NCBI RefSeq assembly: GCF_011386835.1
Contig: NC_088791.1
Span: 283,712,001-283,776,000 of the forward strand
From: Chrysemys picta bellii
Taxonomy: Eukaryota
Direction of reading: 5' to 3'
Length of the DNA: 64,000 nt
Positions 1-13,460 of the stretch are shown here, in pieces; the stretch's first letter is position 1, and the number at the start of each line of letters is the position of its first letter. The position numbers and the translations under genes are program-made. Below the pieces are notes generated by a model, which made no database searches, had not been told where the DNA came from, and was given only the letters and a program-made list of their open reading frames with translations.

Positions 1-141
1 TCGAGCCTGTGAGGCACTGAGCAACTATTACAAACTAATATATTTCCATAAGTATCTTGCCTTACTGTAAGATTGTTATGATAAGAGCAGACAATTTGAT
101 AATTAAACCTCAGACCTACTTCTTTAATCTCCTGCAGCTTA

Positions 142-212
142 GGGCCCCATCCAAACCCCACTGAAGTGAACAGAAGGACTCCATTGATGTCAGTGGGCTT
201 TAGATCAGAGCC
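142..212. mobile_element. Short palindromic MITE relic (probable PIF/Harbinger type)
   Basis: GGGCC start and an internal imperfect palindrome (CCACTGAAGT...GATGTCAGTGG). Similar relics recur near 3575-3690, 22620-22960, 28430-28500 and 39610-39680. Confidence 0.5.
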
Positions 213-879
213 TTAATATATAGACTTTAATGGGATGAATTTATTGGTTTTCTGTGAAATCCTGCACTAAGAGCCTTTCAGAAAAATGTGATGGCCCTCA
301 AGAATTATTCATAGACCAATCACACTTAGGAAATTTTCTCAAAATCATGTGTCCCGGTCGCACAATGTGTTTTCTGAATACTACTGCAGTATTAATAAGT
401 GATGCAGTAATACAGTGGGTTTTCTCCTCCTTCCCTATGACTACTGCTCAGAGAAATAACTTGCTAATATGACTAAACATAAAGCTGTTTTGTAAGTAGA
501 TGGCAGTTTCAGAAATTGAATTCATCCCTCATTTGCTCTCCAATGTATTTTATAAATCATCAGTTGTAAGTGCACTGGATACAGTATATACAGGAGACTT
601 TTTTATGTCATTCATTTTTCTGTGTTAGTGAAATAGTTATCATATGTTACCACAAACATAAAATCCTCAGGCAATCCAGTGTGCACTCAGTCTATACAGT
701 AAAGTATGAATTTATGCACATTATGAACGTATGCAAACCGTACTTAAAATGTTTATGGCTATATCCTTGGCTATTTAGATCACTGTTGCTCTGTGCAGGT
801 TGCTCCTCCCCCCACCCCCTTGCAGTGTGTTAGTGTAGCCTAAGAGAGTCGAAGTTGAAGAGAAGTATCTTGAACTCAA

Positions 880-1620
880 TGTGGGTAATGGGGAGGAAAG
901 ATCAAAAATTCTGTTTTGACTGTGTTAAGTTTGATTGACAGTGAGGCATCTAGGAGATGTCAGAGACAAGCCACGATACAAGATTGGATGAAGGGAGGAA
1001 GAATATCTTTTAAAAGGTAGATTTGAGAGTTATTGACATAAAGATAATGATTGAAGGCATGTGTGTAGATGAGGTTGCCCACAGAAAGAGTGTGAAGGGA
1101 GAAGAGAATCAGACGAAGGACAGAGTTCTGTGAGACCTCCATAGAGTATGCAAAAAGTGATCCAGAAGGAAAAAAACAGAGAGATGGGATGAAAGCCTAG
1201 AAGGAGTTGACAAGATCAGCAGTGTCAAAAGCAGCAGGTAGGTCAAGAAGAATAAGATTGAAGTTGAAGTCCTGAGATCTGAATACAAAGAGGTTGTTAG
1301 AGATCTTATTATGAGTTTGTGTTAAGTGAGGAGTTTGGAAGCCAACTAGAGGTGATCCAGAAAGGAATAAAAGGCGAAGAACTTCAGGTAGCCATTTTAA
1401 GCAGTGCATTTGATGAGTTTAGAGGTGATGAGGAGAAGAGAGAGTGGACAGTTGTTGGAAAAGTGGTGGGGTTATTTATTTGAGAATTGTGGAAATCTGA
1501 GCATATTATCATTCTGAAAGCGAAAAGATGAAAAATGTTGAGGGAGAAGAAGGAGCTGAGATTGGCTTCAGTGATAGAAAAAATTCAGAAAGTGTTAAAG
1601 GTTTGTAAGGGGGAAAAGGA
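880..1620 (-). mobile_element. Decayed L2-clade LINE, RT-region fragment
   Basis: Minus-strand translations LILLDLPAAFDTAD (cf. LDLSAAFDTVDH) and EVSQNSVLRLILFSLHTLSVGNLIYTHAFNHYLYVNNSQIYL (cf. GVPQGSVLGPLLFSLYT...HLYADDSQIY). Multiple stops. Confidence 0.85.
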
Positions 1621-1665
1621 GAAGAGAGAAGGCAGAGAAGAGAGCTCATGATATATTGTGTAGCT

Positions 1666-2000
1666 CAGGGATCAGCAACCTTTGGCCTGTGGCCCGCCAG
1701 GGTAAGCACCCTGGTGGGCCAGGCTGGTTTGTTTACCTGACGCTTCCGCAGGTTCAGCTGATCGCGGCTCCCACTGGCCGCGGTTCGCCATTCCAGGCCA
1801 ATAGGGGCGGCAGGAAGCGGCATGTGCCGAGGGATGTGCTGGCCACCACTTCCTGCTGCCCCCATTGGCCTGGAGAGGCGAACCGTGGCCAGTGGGAGCT
1901 GCGATCAGCCGAACCTGTAGATGCAGCAGATAAACCAATGGGCCCGGCCCGCCAGGGTGCTTACCTTGGCGAGCCACATGCCAAAGGTTGCCGATCCCTG
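1666..2000. mobile_element. Palindromic hAT-type MITE (CAGGG-terminus family), full length
   Basis: TIRs CAGGGATCAGCAACCTTTGGC / GCCAAAGGTTGCCGATCCCTG, and the whole element is an imperfect palindrome. The 8-bp flanks do not match (GTGTAGCT vs GGTTAGAG). Confidence 0.9.
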
Positions 2001-2850
2001 GGTTAGAGTATTCACTCACTTGGGATGTGGAAAACCCAGGTTTGAATCTCCACTCTACCTGGTTAGGAGCAGTGACTCGAATCTGACTCCTCTGTATCCC
2101 AGGTGAGTTTCCCAACTGCTGGATTACAGAGTCAATCTCTTACTTTTTTCTCTCTTGCCCAATGAATATTTAATTATTTATACAAGTTGGAACAGCTTGA
2201 ACAGGACAGATTGTGTGGGCCTTCTTGTGAAAACCTCATAGACAGGTGGTTAGGGAGGCCTTCTGAAAAATAGCAGACCTGAGTTCAAGTCACTGCTCCA
2301 ACTCAGGCAGAGTAGGGGTTTGAAAACAGGTCACCTTACATGTCAGATGACTGCTGTAACTACTGGGGCATCAGCTATACTGGGGTGTCTCTTTCAGTGG
2401 GAAAGGTTTTCCGTGGGCTTAGACACGCACCTTCACAAGAAGGTTCACAACTATGAATCCTGAGCGGAGATAGGCATCTCTCTCTGGCCTGAAGTTAGGT
2501 GCCTAACTACCTTTGAGGGGTGTGGCTTCGGTCCTGCCTCTCTCCTCAGCATTTCTTACTGTCTAGCTTAGATGGCTCCCTGCTAAATGTGCTGGCTTCT
2601 TTCCATTTTTTAAGTGATTAGCACTCCCCATACAATGCATAGGAAGCCAGCATGAATATCTCAGGCCTGTGAATTCCTTTGGTTGGAAGGGTGTCTAGGA
2701 GTTAGGCTGTGCCATGCTGAGCAATGCAACACCTAACTGTCCTTTGTGGCTCTAGCCCTAAGTTTAATTGAAAGTCGGTGAGACTTAAGGGCCTAAATCA
2801 CGTTTGAACATGACACACACTCCTAAATCACTTAGGCGCTTTTGAACATT
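2001..2850. repeat. Unclassified turtle interspersed repeat with tRNA-like segments and TAGGCACCTAA/TTAGGTGCCTA motifs
   Basis: GGTTAGAG...GATGTGGAAAACCCAGGTTTGAATC tRNA-like stretch and recurrent TTAGGTGCCTAA-like words. The same family appears at 3990-4430, 4990-5830, 16480-16640 and 29900-30187. Confidence 0.55.
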
Positions 2851-3879
2851 TTAACTCCCATCTTTTTTGTTTTGTTTTGAAAATTAAAAATAATATATTT
2901 ATCTTCTCATGACACATTGTGTTCTTTACATGGCACATATTGCTGATCTTATATTTGATTCATTAGAATATCTGCATATGGTAAGTTGTATAACCTACTG
3001 TAATTGTTTTTTTTTTTTTTTTTGTAATAGCTAATATGTTCTTCCAACCCTTTCTCTCTCTTTTTTTGGTCCAGCGTGAACCTTATTAATATTCAAGGTC
3101 ATATGAGAATGAACACTACAAAAGCAATGCAACAATTTGTGAAGTGTCTAATCTTAGAATCTTTTCTGAGTTAATAATACTCTCCCTTCCATCCCATCCT
3201 GTGTTCAGGCTGCAGCATTCTGTTTTCTGACCTGGAGCAGCAGCAGGAAAGGGACTCGTTACACCCTGTCCTCTTCAAAGCACCTGCACTGGGACAGTCA
3301 TTATTTGGCCATCTGAATGAATATGCTAGTTTCAAAAGATACTAAGATGACAGCTAATTTGATTATCATAGATTGTCCCTTGAGAAAATAGTGACATTTC
3401 TCCAGTCTCATCTTCCCTTAGTGGAAAAAATTAATACAGTTCCTCTTTCAAAAATAGAGATCTGAAAAAGTGATGTGTTAATTTAAAAAAGGAGTAGGTT
3501 GTATTTACTATTTGACCATAGATGAGTGTGCCAATTTGGGAAAATAACATTGCCTGAAATGCACCACTATCATAGGGTTTGATCCTACAAAGACATATGC
3601 AACTAATCCTTACTCAATTGAGTAGTCCCAGGCCTTGTTGAAGTCAATGGCAAAATTTCTATTGACTTCCAGGAGGTCAGCATTTCACCAATTTTCTTTA
3701 CAACTTTAGTTCATTACTTGCACACAGAGGGCTACTTGTGACTTGTGAGTAAACTTTGCAAATTTGGGCCCAAATTCAGCAATTTTATCTATTTTAAAAT
3801 CAGAAGATTAATGCCTACAAAAGGTGAGAATTCCAATACTCTGGTTCAACCAAAGCTATTGGGCTCAATGCAAGAATTA

Positions 3880-3965
3880 CAGGTTGAAATTTTATGGCCT
3901 GGGTTATATAGGAGATAAGAGTAAATGAACATGATGGTTTGTTCTGGCCTTAAAATCTTTGGACT
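3880..3965 (+). mobile_element. CR1 LINE 3' tail relic
   Basis: Resembles the CR1 3' UTR (...ATGATGGT..TTCTGGCCTTAAAATCT) seen better preserved at 29030-29293. Confidence 0.45.
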
Positions 3966-3989
3966 AGAATCACAAAAGGATTTATGCAT

Positions 3990-4430
3990 TGTAATGCTGA
4001 GAATCACCACACCTAACTTTTAGGCATCTACAAAATCAATCAGATTCACAAAACCTGAGTTAGATGCTCAGGCTTCCTAGACAATGAATGGAGGGAAAAT
4101 AGACACCTAAGACTGAGAGTCACAAAAGCCAGCATGCTAGGCAGTTCCCCACCTCAGCGAGGCACAAGGAGATGCCCAGGAGAGGAGTGTGTCATAAACA
4201 CCGCTTAAATCCAGTCTGGAGGGAGATGCCTATCTTTGTTGGGATTCTCAGCTGTGAACCCTCCCTTAGAGCTAGGGGCCTAAGGCATTTCTTGGAAGAA
4301 GCCAAGTAGGAGGACCATCTTCCTCATAACTTTCAGGTCAGTGGTTAGGGCACTCACCGAAGATGTAGGCATATCTCTCAAGAGCCCCAGGTTTCATGGG
4401 ACTGTTCCCCTTTAACCTCCCCCAACCTCC
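3990..4430. repeat. Unclassified turtle interspersed repeat (TAGGCACCTAA family)
   Basis: Same motifs as 2001-2850, including GGTTAGGGCACTCAC...GATGTAGG. Confidence 0.5.
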
Positions 4431-4614
4431 CATTGCAATTGAAGCAGAACATTTCCTGCATTAATGTTGCTACCTTAAGCTTTAAGCTGAGCCTCAGTGA
4501 CTCTCAGTGCAAAAGGAAGGAGCATCCTTGGAGCTTCACTTTCTTTTCAGGCATGTGCAGGGCCCCCACAAATACTCCCTTCCACAGCAGAAGTTGGAGC
4601 CACAATCCCCAGTG

Positions 4615-4739
4615 CAGTGGTGACCAGACAGCAAGTATGAAAAATCGGGACAGAGTGTGGGGGGTAATAGGTACCCATATAAGAAAAAGCCCTGAAAATC
4701 GGGACTGTCCCTATAAAATTGGGACATCTGGTCACCCTA
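4615..4739. mobile_element. hAT (Blackjack-like) MITE
   Basis: Termini GGTGACCAGA ... TCTGGTCACCCTA with internal AATCGGGAC repeats. TAGGGTGACCA termini are characteristic of hAT-Blackjack. No clean TSD. Confidence 0.75.
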
Positions 4740-4989
4740 GTAGTAAGAGTATGAGCAGTTCTGGTGGTCCCTGACTGGGGAATACAGGGGCCATTAGTGG
4801 AACTGCAACCCTCATGTGCCAGCTTGCAATGATTCTCTCTCACTGATGGCGGGGATGGGAAGGAGAAAGCCAAACCTGAGTGGGCAGTAGGGTGACCAGT
4901 GCTGCTTCTCTTTCCACTTCCGGGGGCAGCTCTTGCACCAGGACCTCAACCAAACCAGCCAGAGCTTTCCCACTATCACCCAGGCATTG

Positions 4990-5830
4990 ATGGGGAGATT
5001 CCCATAAGGGAGCTGGCAAGGAGAGTATGGTGGGGCGTCCAGGAGCAGGGGAGAGGGCTGCTCACTTTTGGCCTCTTGAAATATTGGGAGCTATGGATGT
5101 GGGAGACCACTGGTTCAAGTCCCTCCTCCACCTGCCAGGGAGAAGGGATTTGACCAGGTATCTGCCACCTCTCAGGTGAATGCCCTAACCCCGGGGCTAT
5201 TCTGATGTGAGTTTGAAGTTGTTCCACTTTGGACAAATAATTAGTCGTTGGGTCTGAAAGAGAGAAAGAGCACACCCAAGCATTCGAATGAATAGAAAGC
5301 CTGTTGGTTAGAGCACTCACGCAGGATGTGGGAGACCCAGGAGCCAACCCCCCTGCTCCAATGATTCTAATTATTTGAAGCAGGTGTCTCCAACATCCAA
5401 GGTGAGTAGCCTAACCTCTGTAATAAAAGTTTATTAGAGAGCTCCATCACCTTACCCCCTTCATTTTTGTGTGGAGATGAGCAAGTTCACCTGTGAGGCC
5501 TGATCTGGTCAGTGTTCTCAGAGCACGCATACAGGATTGTGCCCCACAAGTGAGTTCAGTGAACCAGAGTTCCCCTGGTTTGTGAATCACACTTGGGCTT
5601 AGGCAGCAGATAAGTGTTGGGATGCCTAGCGTGAGGGAGCAAAGCACCTGCCTAGAAGCAGAAACATAGGAACTTAGAGAACACTTACTGCAAAAATTTA
5701 GGTGTCAAATGAAATTAGGTGCCTACAGGATTTGGCAGTAGCTGAGTGGGGTTTTTGTGAATCTCAGTGTGGCCTGACTCTGGGATTTAGGCACCTAAAT
5801 TCCAGTTTAGGTGCCCAGGTCACTTTATAA
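4990..5830. repeat. Unclassified turtle interspersed repeat (TAGGCACCTAA family)
   Basis: Repeated GGATGTGGGAGACC..GGTTCAAGTCC tRNA-like segments and TTAGGTGCCTA / TAGGCACCTAA words. Confidence 0.55.
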
Positions 5831-5884
5831 ATATAAATCTATCCTCCTGAATCTAAAAGAAGTTGGAGGAATATCATTTTAGTA

Positions 5885-6000
5885 TTTGTGGTAGCGAGTA
5901 GGAGCCCCCAGACCCCATTGTGCTCAGTGCTGTAAAAACACAGAATAACCAAGTGGTGCATTCCTTAAAGTTTACAATCTAAGTATAAGACAAGAGACAA
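5885..6000 (-). mobile_element. L2/MIR-type 3' tail relic
   Basis: TTGTGCTCAGTGCTGTAAAAACACAG...TTTACAATCTAAG, the reverse complement of the L2/CORE-SINE tail. Similar relics at about 24030-24130 and 26770-26880. Confidence 0.55.
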
Positions 6001-7398
6001 TGGGGATACAGACTGATGAGGGAGCACAAGTAAACAATTAGACAATATTGGTCAGCCTGATGGAATTCATGATGTGAAAATGTACAGGTACTCAACTATC
6101 CTGCTAGAAGGCTATCCTCATAAAACATTTATAGTAAGTGGTGTCAAGAAGGATTCTTCTAATATGACTTTGTGTTTCCTGGGAAAATTGGAAAACAGCA
6201 TTCTACTGGCTGAAAGCAATTATCCTCCCACACAGAGAGTGTTATGGTCTCCTTGGCTGGCTTAATGTAATAGAGCCAAATACAAGCCAATTTTTATTTT
6301 CCATCAGCAAAGGTCTTCCTGTGCCATGCTTGGTATTACTTTCTCCATTTTTAATTTCTAAAGCTGATTGTTTAAAAATCTAGAAAGAAAACTAGTGCTT
6401 GGGTCAGCACCTAGATTGGAAAAAAAGGAAAGAAAAAGAAATGGGAAGGGTAATGAAATGTATGTAGAGAACAGCAAACTGGATTATAGATCCTATTTCT
6501 ATCAGGATTCTTCTTGAAGCTGTAGAAACAATTGAATAAGTTTATGGGAGAGGCAAAAAAAATAGCAAGATATATACTGTCTATTAAATGCAAACAAAAA
6601 TAAGTAAAAAAAAATATAATAAAGCCTTACAGGTAAGATTTTTAAAGCCTCAAAAAAGAAAATTCAGAATTACATTCCCATAGTAACACTAACTTTTGAG
6701 CCTTCCAAGCAGGCAATAGAGTTTTCAGAATCCTGATTAATAATGAAAAATAGTTGGTAATTAGTGGATATACCAATAGGGATTTTTACATTATATAAAT
6801 TATCAAAAGCAACCTGAGAAGTAAACCATTTGTTACAGATCAACTGTAATTATGGTATATGAGAGCAAAAATAGCATATGCAAATTTTCAGCTACTCTGC
6901 ATCATAACTGCTTTAATATTAATATTGTCACCATGCTCGACAAACACTAAGCTAAGACAGAGGTAAGGGTGACACTGTATTGCACTTGCACTTTGCTTCT
7001 AAACACAGCTAGGACATCTTCTAATATTGTAAACCTCTGAACAGCTTTCCAGTGACAATCTTCACTACTAAATCCAGTTTTCCCACCAAATTTGGTGGAG
7101 GTGTAATTGACACCATTGTGAGGTCTAAGAGAGGTAATTTTGTACTGGAGTAGAAAGAAATTTAAGAGCTAATATCTTACAACTAGCTGGGACAATAACA
7201 GCTTTTCTCTCCCATACGTGAGCAGGAATTACTGGTTTTTAACTGTTTCATGTCAATCCTGGTGAATCATGAGTTATACTGGGTGCCCTCAACTGTAGAT
7301 AATAATTTAAGAAAATGTTTATATATATATTTCAAAAATGTGTTTTAATTTTATGTCACTGAGTCCTGCATTTGATAGGTAAGACAGCTGGAATGTTT

Positions 7399-7660
7399 AA
7401 GACTACATCTACACTGCAGCAGGAACTGTGCTTCCAAATGTGAGCAGACAGACATACACTAGTTCTGCTCTAGCTAACATGCTAAAAATAGCAATGTAGT
7501 CGTGAGAAGCATGGGCAGCAGTTCAGGCTAGCTGCCCATGTACAAACCTTCCTGGATATCCTGGATATGTACTCGAGCAGTAGCCAGAGCTGCTGCCTCT
7601 GCTATCCCTGGCTATGCAGATATTTTTAACGCACTAGCTCTGCTGAATGTGTGTCTATCT
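7399..7660. mobile_element. PIF/Harbinger-like MITE relic (GTCTACAC family)
   Basis: TAA followed by GACTACATCTACACTGC. Internal imperfect palindrome (GCTAAAAATAGC...GATATTTTTAAC) shared with 49955-50531. Confidence 0.55.
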
Positions 7661-9668
7661 ACCCAAGTTGGAAAACACACTCGCAGCTTCAGGGAAGACA
7701 GAACCTTAGAGGTAGAGGGTTATGAAAATGTTACTAATGAAATGTTAAACTCTATAAAATTATTTCTAAAATCACATCTTTAGAATGTGGCATGAGAAAA
7801 TACACATTTGTATGTGGGAGTATAAAGATTTTGTTGGTAGTCATTTGCGATGACCTGTAGTATTCATTTGTGGCTTCGCTACTTATAAATAATTCAATCA
7901 TCCCAAACTCATAGAAATAAAAACTTTACAGTACCACATACCATCTGTATAGTTCTGATGAGATATTTTATATTTTTAATTGGCAACTCTGCCATTGTCA
8001 AATCATAAGCCTAGCATTTCAAAATAATTGAACCAGTTTTTACATATAAAACCAAATAGGTCTTTGACTGTAAAAAATGAACTATGTTGGTGAACTAGGG
8101 CATGCTTACACTAAGGCTGAACTTAACTTACGTTGTTCAAAAGAGAGTGATTTGGAGTTTGCTTTCCTAAGGCATCCTGGGCCAAACCCTCAGTTGGCGT
8201 GAATTGGTGTCGCTCCATTGAAGCTAAACTGATTCACATCAGTTGAGGACTGGGCTGCCAGAGTAGACAGTTTCCATTTAGATCTCCTTTAGCATACCCC
8301 ATAAGGGAATCTGAAACAATAAAAGGGATGGCTGAAACCAAGGGAGGAGTAATTTGCCTAATGGGTTAGTTCCCGAATTAAGCTATTTGAATGATGTCCA
8401 ATGGCTTAGGGAAAGAATGCGGTCACCGGGGTAATTTAAAATGAGAACATGGCACATGGTAAGGTTTGGTACGTTTTATATTTGAATAGTGAGAGGAGTC
8501 TGCAAGAAAATTCAGACAGGCTGTTCAGAGAGAAAACCAAACATTTTTCTTATTAGCTTTAACAATGGACACTTAAACAGTTAAATTTTCTTATAAAAGA
8601 CAGAATCTATCTTGTTGTATATAAAAAAATCCCTATAAAAGCATAATTCTCATTTTTATATTTCATTAAGATTTAGAAACTGCTCCCTTATGTGCTACTT
8701 TGTAAGGTCTGACTATTTGTAGAGATTTTTGTATGTATATGAGAAATCTCGTGTTCCTCATTTTATTTGTAAATTAATCAACTCCAAAACTGAGTTTAAG
8801 TTTACATGGGCCAATATATTAACAGCTTTTCCATGTTTGTATATAACAATAATCTAAAATCACATGCTGAGCATCACATAAGGTGGCAAAGAAGAAAAAA
8901 AAAGTAAACTAAGAATGTGAAAAATATGACTCAGTGTAAAGGATGCAAGAAGAGATAAAAAGTATAAAACCTAGGCAGTGAATAAAAAGTAAAAAGAAAA
9001 GTTCTGAAATTAAAACTCAGGTAGTCTAGAAAGATGATTAGAAAAATAAGAGATAAATAATAATAATAGCTTCAAAATTACAATAAAATATTGTCTTGTT
9101 TCAACAACTGCTGCAAACTTGGCGTATGCTACTACTTAAAAAAAAATATTATAAAAATGTAACAAAATTGGGAGAAGCTATGATAGTGCTTGCCTTTTCC
9201 TTGATTACTTTTTTTACATAATCCACCAATTTATTTTGAGCTTTGAATTATCTGGCTAGTTAATTATGCATGCAGTGCAAAATAATGCAGAGGTTGCTTT
9301 CTTTGAAAATACTCTGTATGTTTAAACAAAGTCCTGTTGTAGAAAAACAAGCTGATCTCTAAAGTGGAAAGTGGCCATGCTGTTTTTGTTTGTAATTTTT
9401 ACTCTAAATATTCTTCATAAAAATATGATCTTGATAACATACAAGATTAATCAATTCTAATAAGAATAAAGGGATAACTGCATGGCCTGATCTTGGCTTA
9501 AGTATGCACAAAAAACTACAGAACTATCATCTTCAATTGTTCTTCTTCCAGAATAGTGGCAGGAACAGACTTTAGGAACCAGATAATTAGATCTGTGTAA
9601 GAACTTTCTTAAAGTAATCTGAAACTATGAAATCTGATGAAAGAGGAAATTTGCCTCATTTTAGGCTC

Positions 9669-10461
9669 TATTACAGTCATAGGGCAGCCACATCCAGATT
9701 CTCTGCAGTGAGGCCAGCCTCCTTACCCTGAACCCTGCTGTATACACCCCTCTTGCCATGGGATGATCAAAATACTCCTGTTGTCCACCATAATATCATA
9801 GGGAGGCCTCTCTTGGGGCACACCCCACCATCAGGCTACAACAGGACTGGTGTTCCTGCCTCAGTTTCCCCCTTTCTTTCTTGGACCCCAGTAACTCCAC
9901 ACAAGCGCGCCACATATTAATAGCTCTTTGCAGGGTTAATTTATTACAAAAGTCCCACACCCATAATCTAGAATTCCCCAGCATAGTCCAAACAGTACAT
10001 TCAGTCCTTCAAGTCCCAACAGTCCATCAACACATCAAGTACAGCTCCAGCATCCCTCACCATGGTCCAGCTCTCAGGTACAGCTCCATCATCCCTCATG
10101 CCTTGCCCCAGGCCCCTTAGATGGAATGCTTCTCTGCCCTGTTTCCTTCCCAGTTATGGTTCCAGCTCCTGCTGGAGATATCAGCAGGCTCTCCAGCTCA
10201 GAAAGCCAGCAGGCATCTCCCTCTGCTGCTGTCAGCCCTCTCCAGAAATGGCTCTTAGTTCTGAGGACTATATGGAACTCTTACCACTCCCTCCTTCAGG
10301 GGCATTCCCTCCCTAAAACTCTCAACCCAGCTCTCCTCTTCTTGTGAGCTCTATCTACTTTTCTAGAGACCCTCAGCTCTTCTCTATTTGGGTCCAGGGC
10401 TCTCTGTTGCCTTTGGGCTGTCTCTCTTTTATAACTCCCAGGAGTAACCATGCCCTCCACA
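9669..10461. mobile_element. LTR-like repeat (possible solo LTR)
   Basis: Abrupt C-rich block in AT-rich DNA with the CCAGCTC-rich composition of LTR-type repeats. Termini and TSD not confirmed. Confidence 0.4.
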
Positions 10462-12861
10462 TTCCACCAAACTAGGATGCACCTGGATTGGAGCAGAAGA
10501 GCTGGGAATAATTTCATTTAAGGGGCTAGCTATTCTGTTACAATTACAAATACACAAGTTATCCTAGGTTCACCAAAGCATTCACTAAGGTCCATGAATA
10601 ATTTTACCAAATTTGGGTTGAATGTCTTCTACCTTTGCTGTGAAAACATGGAAAATCCCCAAATCTGTCAAGTTTTCATTTTTCCCCCCAAAAAACTAAA
10701 TGAGTACAATTTCCAACTTAACATGAAAAGTATAAATCCTCAAATTTCATAAGAATTATGTAGTCCATTTCTTTGTCGAAGAGATTGTCCTGTTTCTGGG
10801 GTAAAGAAAAGATACTGTACAAACCTACACTGATGCTGGCTGAATACTTGCCAATATATAATTCAGTACCAACATAGCAGCAGACGGAAGCAGTTTGGGC
10901 AATGATGTATCTCAGTACTAGAACTCTGAAAGTGCCAAATTGGTATTAATAACTATTGGGCAAATACTGCTTCCTTCTTCATGCTTGCAGGAGGCAACAG
11001 GTACTTCAGGAGTGATCCAATTTTACTCTTGAGAAGTGGCCAGATCTGAACATCATGGGTAGGGGGGTGCATACCCTGTACACTATGGACTCTAGGTCTG
11101 AATACATCCTTTGTACATCCTTTCAAAGGGAGGCAGGTGTGGTTTGAAATCTCAGGGTTGAATTGGATCATGAAGGGACTGGAGCTGGACCACCAAACAT
11201 TTCTTCCCATTGGCAGCAGGGGGAGGGGCGGCAGTAGAGAACTTGGACTTCAGAAGAGGAATTGTGGCTGCTGAGTGACTCAGATGGTATTCTCCAGCCT
11301 GTTGATTCCTTTTCCTCCAGCCCTACTAAAGCTACCCTGAACCAAGCCTTTGTACTCAATCTTGGTGCAGGGGAGAGGATTTAGTGCCACATTAATAAAA
11401 TATAGGTGGCATGGTGTATCTGTAATCCTTGAATTTTGATAAGTTGCTTTCTGCCAGCCCTCCTGTTAATGCATTTTTGCTGATATGATGCACTACTCAC
11501 ATTCAATCAAATTGATATACAAATATTGTTCATGCTGCAATGTTACAATTTACAGTTGAATTCAATGTGGGTAAGCCAGGGTTCCAAACTTGACCTATTG
11601 AAACAAGAGCAGATTGCATTAAAGTTCTGTGGGCAGAAGTCTGCAAAAACTACCAAGTACCATGTTGGAGCCATAGACTGAGATGTGCATCTGTCTCAGG
11701 ATCATACATCACTCTCTTTACCATCTGCTTTCTTCACATTGCATCCATCCCTATTATTTTATGGGCTTGAATGTAATCATCAAACACAACACCTTCTTAC
11801 ATGTGAGTCATTAAAATGAAAGCACTATTCTTTTGGTATTTGGGACTTGTTATCAAACAAAGAAAGAGCTTTCTGGGGTCAACATGGCCTATCTGCCTAG
11901 TTATGGAATCAGGATTTTTAAAATATTAGTTTTACAGTATTTCATTTTTCTCCCAGGACTCCACTGCTTAAAAGATGAAGATCTTCCCCCAAATGTAATT
12001 AATGTAAACACTGTGTATATACAATAGAATGCAACAATGTGTTCTTTAAAGACTGAGTATGTCGTGCAAGCTGTGCAGATTAAGTGCGTTGTTTATTCTT
12101 GAAATTTTCAAACAATTTGTGACCAAGTATCTGCAAAAACAGGTAAACTTGTCTTCTTTCTCATGAATGCACTCTCAGTAAAACATCTTTAAAAAAAAAG
12201 ACCTCTGCTTTCATTGAAGACTCTACCTGTGTAAATGTCTCTACCTTGCATAGACTTGCACCCATGCTGCAGCTGCATCCTTGAGACAGCAGGAACTTGA
12301 GCCCATTCATAGTCCTGCTTTTCAAATAAACATGGCAGCTGCATGCCCCCAACAGCAAGAAGCAGTACCCTGAACTTGTGAACTTCCTCAGCATTATTAC
12401 AGTCTGCAGGAGAATCTAAGTGATAGGGTATATGCAGTGTACTACCGAAAAGGGATTATTAAGTAAGGGCTAATAAAACAAACTCTAGCAGTTCACAGGA
12501 AAGCCAGTAGGGGGGGAAAGTTAAGAAATACAAAGAAAAGAGCATCATTTTTTATAACTCCGCTTCTACAATCTCAGTGTAATGCAGGGAGAGAACTATA
12601 AAAAATCAAAGAGCTATTTTCAGGTTGAGGGAGGCCCAGGTGAATAGAGGTGGTTGCCTTAGAGGCTTTCAATAAAACAGCTAAAGCTGCTATTTTTGTA
12701 AGGGAAAGGAATGGCATTTAAAGAGCTTTTACACCCAAATAACTGCCTTAGGCTCTTTGAGAGCCATTAAAGAGAGAGAGAAAAAAGTTTCAGCTCACGG
12801 ATAATAATGATTCTGGCTTGTGCTAGAATATACAACATATCCTAACTTCTCTATACTCCTG

Positions 12862-12935
12862 GGGGTGGAATCCTGGCCCTATTGAAGTCAATGAGAATTT
12901 TGCTATTGACTTCAGTAAAGCCAGGATTTGACCCC
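12862..12935. mobile_element. Short palindromic MITE (probable Harbinger type)
   Basis: GGGGT..AATCCTGG...ATTGAAGTCAAT...ATTGACTTCAGT...CCAGGATTTGACCCC forms a near-complete hairpin. Confidence 0.65.
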
Positions 12936-13460
12936 ATACATTTAGTTTGGTTATATTTTTTTTTTCTAGACTTGAAACATTCAGGAATCTGTGAATGTTC
13001 TTCCCAACAAACAGAAGAGAAAACCATTTTGCTGTCCATTTCATTACTGACTATTCAATGTGAAAGTTTGTCTCTCCCAATATTGACTGCCTTTTCCAAT
13101 AACAGTACCGTCTCTTCATGACACAGTGAATGCCCTTATAATTTTAACATTAATCCACAGTTACGAACTAAGTCTACCAACCGTCAGGGAGATGAACCAG
13201 GATCTCTGTCACTGTTGTACAGAGGTAGAATGTAAGGCAGTGAGTTGGTAAAGGGCTTTCTGCAAAGTTACAGAGCGAGCCAGCACCTCTGGTAGGCATA
13301 TACACCGGTCTCACTTCTCCCCCATCCCCATGCTAACTGCTACATGACACTGACCTTTCCCCACCTCTATGTCGGTCTCTGAGATTTCTTACTATCTTTC
13401 TATACTTAAAATAAGAAATAACTGTTAACTTTTTAATGGTGACTACTGGACTTCCTTAAT

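Noticed and set aside
1656-2115. Stacks of overlapping 60-150 aa ORFs on both strands (also 19138-19577, 23440-24007, 53404-53776, 58528-59208)
   Set aside because: They all lie on copies of one GC-rich palindromic MITE. Stop-poor composition and self-complementarity explain the ORFs and their similar translations.
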